The notes below the pieces were generated by a model. That model saw only the letters and a list, made by a program, of their open reading frames with translations. It searched no databases and was not told the DNA's origin. Positions 63,280 through 64,000 of a stretch of DNA of 64,000 bases are shown here, piece after piece. Made by a program: the position numbers and the translations under genes. Every line of letters starts with the position of its first letter. Position 1 is the first letter of the stretch. This stretch comes from a virus (taxonomy: Duplodnaviria; Caudoviricetes), in the IMG/VR virus record IMGVR_UViG_3300014205_000185, positions 32,001-96,000 of that record. The stretch is one strand, 5' to 3'.

Positions 63280-64000
63280 GATCAACGTTCTGCTGCAAGG
63301 CATCGTTGGCTCTACTGCCTACGGCCTCGCCGGACCCGACTCCGATGTGGACAGACTCGGCGTCTTCGCCACACCTCTCGACCAGATCCTGAGCCTTGAC
63401 CCGCCGGCCGACAGTATCGTGACTACGAAGCCAGACGTCACGATGCACGAGGCACTCAAGATGTGTCGGCTGCTCCTCAAGGGCAACCCGTCGGTGACCG
63501 AGCTGCTCTGGCTGCCCGAGGAGCTGTACGAGGTGAAGACAGAGCTGGGCGAGCAGCTCATCGCCATCCGTTCTGCCTTCCTCTCGGCATCCCAGGTCCG
63601 GGCTCGCTACCTCGGCTATGCCCGTTCCCAGTTCCATCGGCTCACGAAGCACGGAGACGGGGACGAAACCTTGGACCCTCGTAAGCACGTAGCGAAGCAC
63701 GCCCGGCACCTCCTCCGCCTACTTGATCAAGGTCTGGTGCTGTACCAGACCGGCGAAGTTCAGGTGAGACTGGCCAATCCCCAGCGGTACTTCGACTTCG
63801 GCGAGATGGTCGCCAGGCGTCCCTCCTCGGCTGAGGAGTGGCTACTGCGGGCCGAGGAGCAGTTCGACTCCGCCGTCTCCGCACTGCCGAGCGAGCCGAA
63901 CAAGGAGCTGGTGGAGGACTGGCTCTGGTCGGTACGGCACTATGCACCGCCGATCAAGCTCTCAGTTCCCGGTATGTGGGAGAGCGACAGAACTGAATAG
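63263..64000 (+). CDS. DNA pol beta-superfamily nucleotidyltransferase (PF10127-like)
   Basis: VGSTAYGLA.PDSDVD..G, K..LLL.GNP...E.L, YLGYA..Q, H..RLL. Confidence 0.9.
   Translation: MQENPEINVLLQGIVGSTAYGLAGPDSDVDRLGVFATPLDQILSLDPPADSIVTTKPDVTMHEALKMCRLLLKGNPSVTELLWLPEELYEVKTELGEQLIAIRSAFLSASQVRARYLGYARSQFHRLTKHGDGDETLDPRKHVAKHARHLLRLLDQGLVLYQTGEVQVRLANPQRYFDFGEMVARRPSSAEEWLLRAEEQFDSAVSALPSEPNKELVEDWLWSVRHYAPPIKLSVPGMWESDRTE

Noticed and set aside
1-64000. Complete CRISPR-Cas operon, tRNAs, integrase, terminase, DNA polymerase
   Set aside because: No recognisable motifs by eye. They may lie outside the window, and tRNAs need a dedicated scan.

Overview
This is a 64-kb piece of a large, high-GC tailed (siphovirus-like) phage. 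The host is inferred to be an actinomycete from its WhiB-like, DUF397, DUF6197, HTH_58, FHA and Rv2179c-like genes. No terminase, integrase or replication genes are recognisable in the window. The layout has three parts. (i) 1-19531 (+): many small early/middle genes. (ii) 62549-19473 (-): a late arm running DUF1360, portal, MuF, two head-protease-like genes, a 4309-aa polyvalent protein, capsid, head-tail and tail genes, then a five-glycosyltransferase/nucleotide-sugar cluster and holin-like genes. (iii) 62642-64000 (+): a new rightward block ending in a nucleotidyltransferase. The most striking candidate is a solo Cas7-group RAMP gene (1935-2654) with no other cas genes and no CRISPR array. 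It is immediately preceded by a ~190-nt C-rich non-coding tract with recurring CGAC-NN-ACY heads and a 5-nt periodicity, which suggests a non-CRISPR RNA-guided viral module. Other highlights: the giant protein (three ART-like domains, a NUDT9-like Nudix, a kinase and an HExxH zincin) with a hidden antisense 59-aa ORF at its 3' end, and a phage-encoded pathway for a C-methylated 6-deoxysugar. All calls come from reading motifs by eye; no searches were run.
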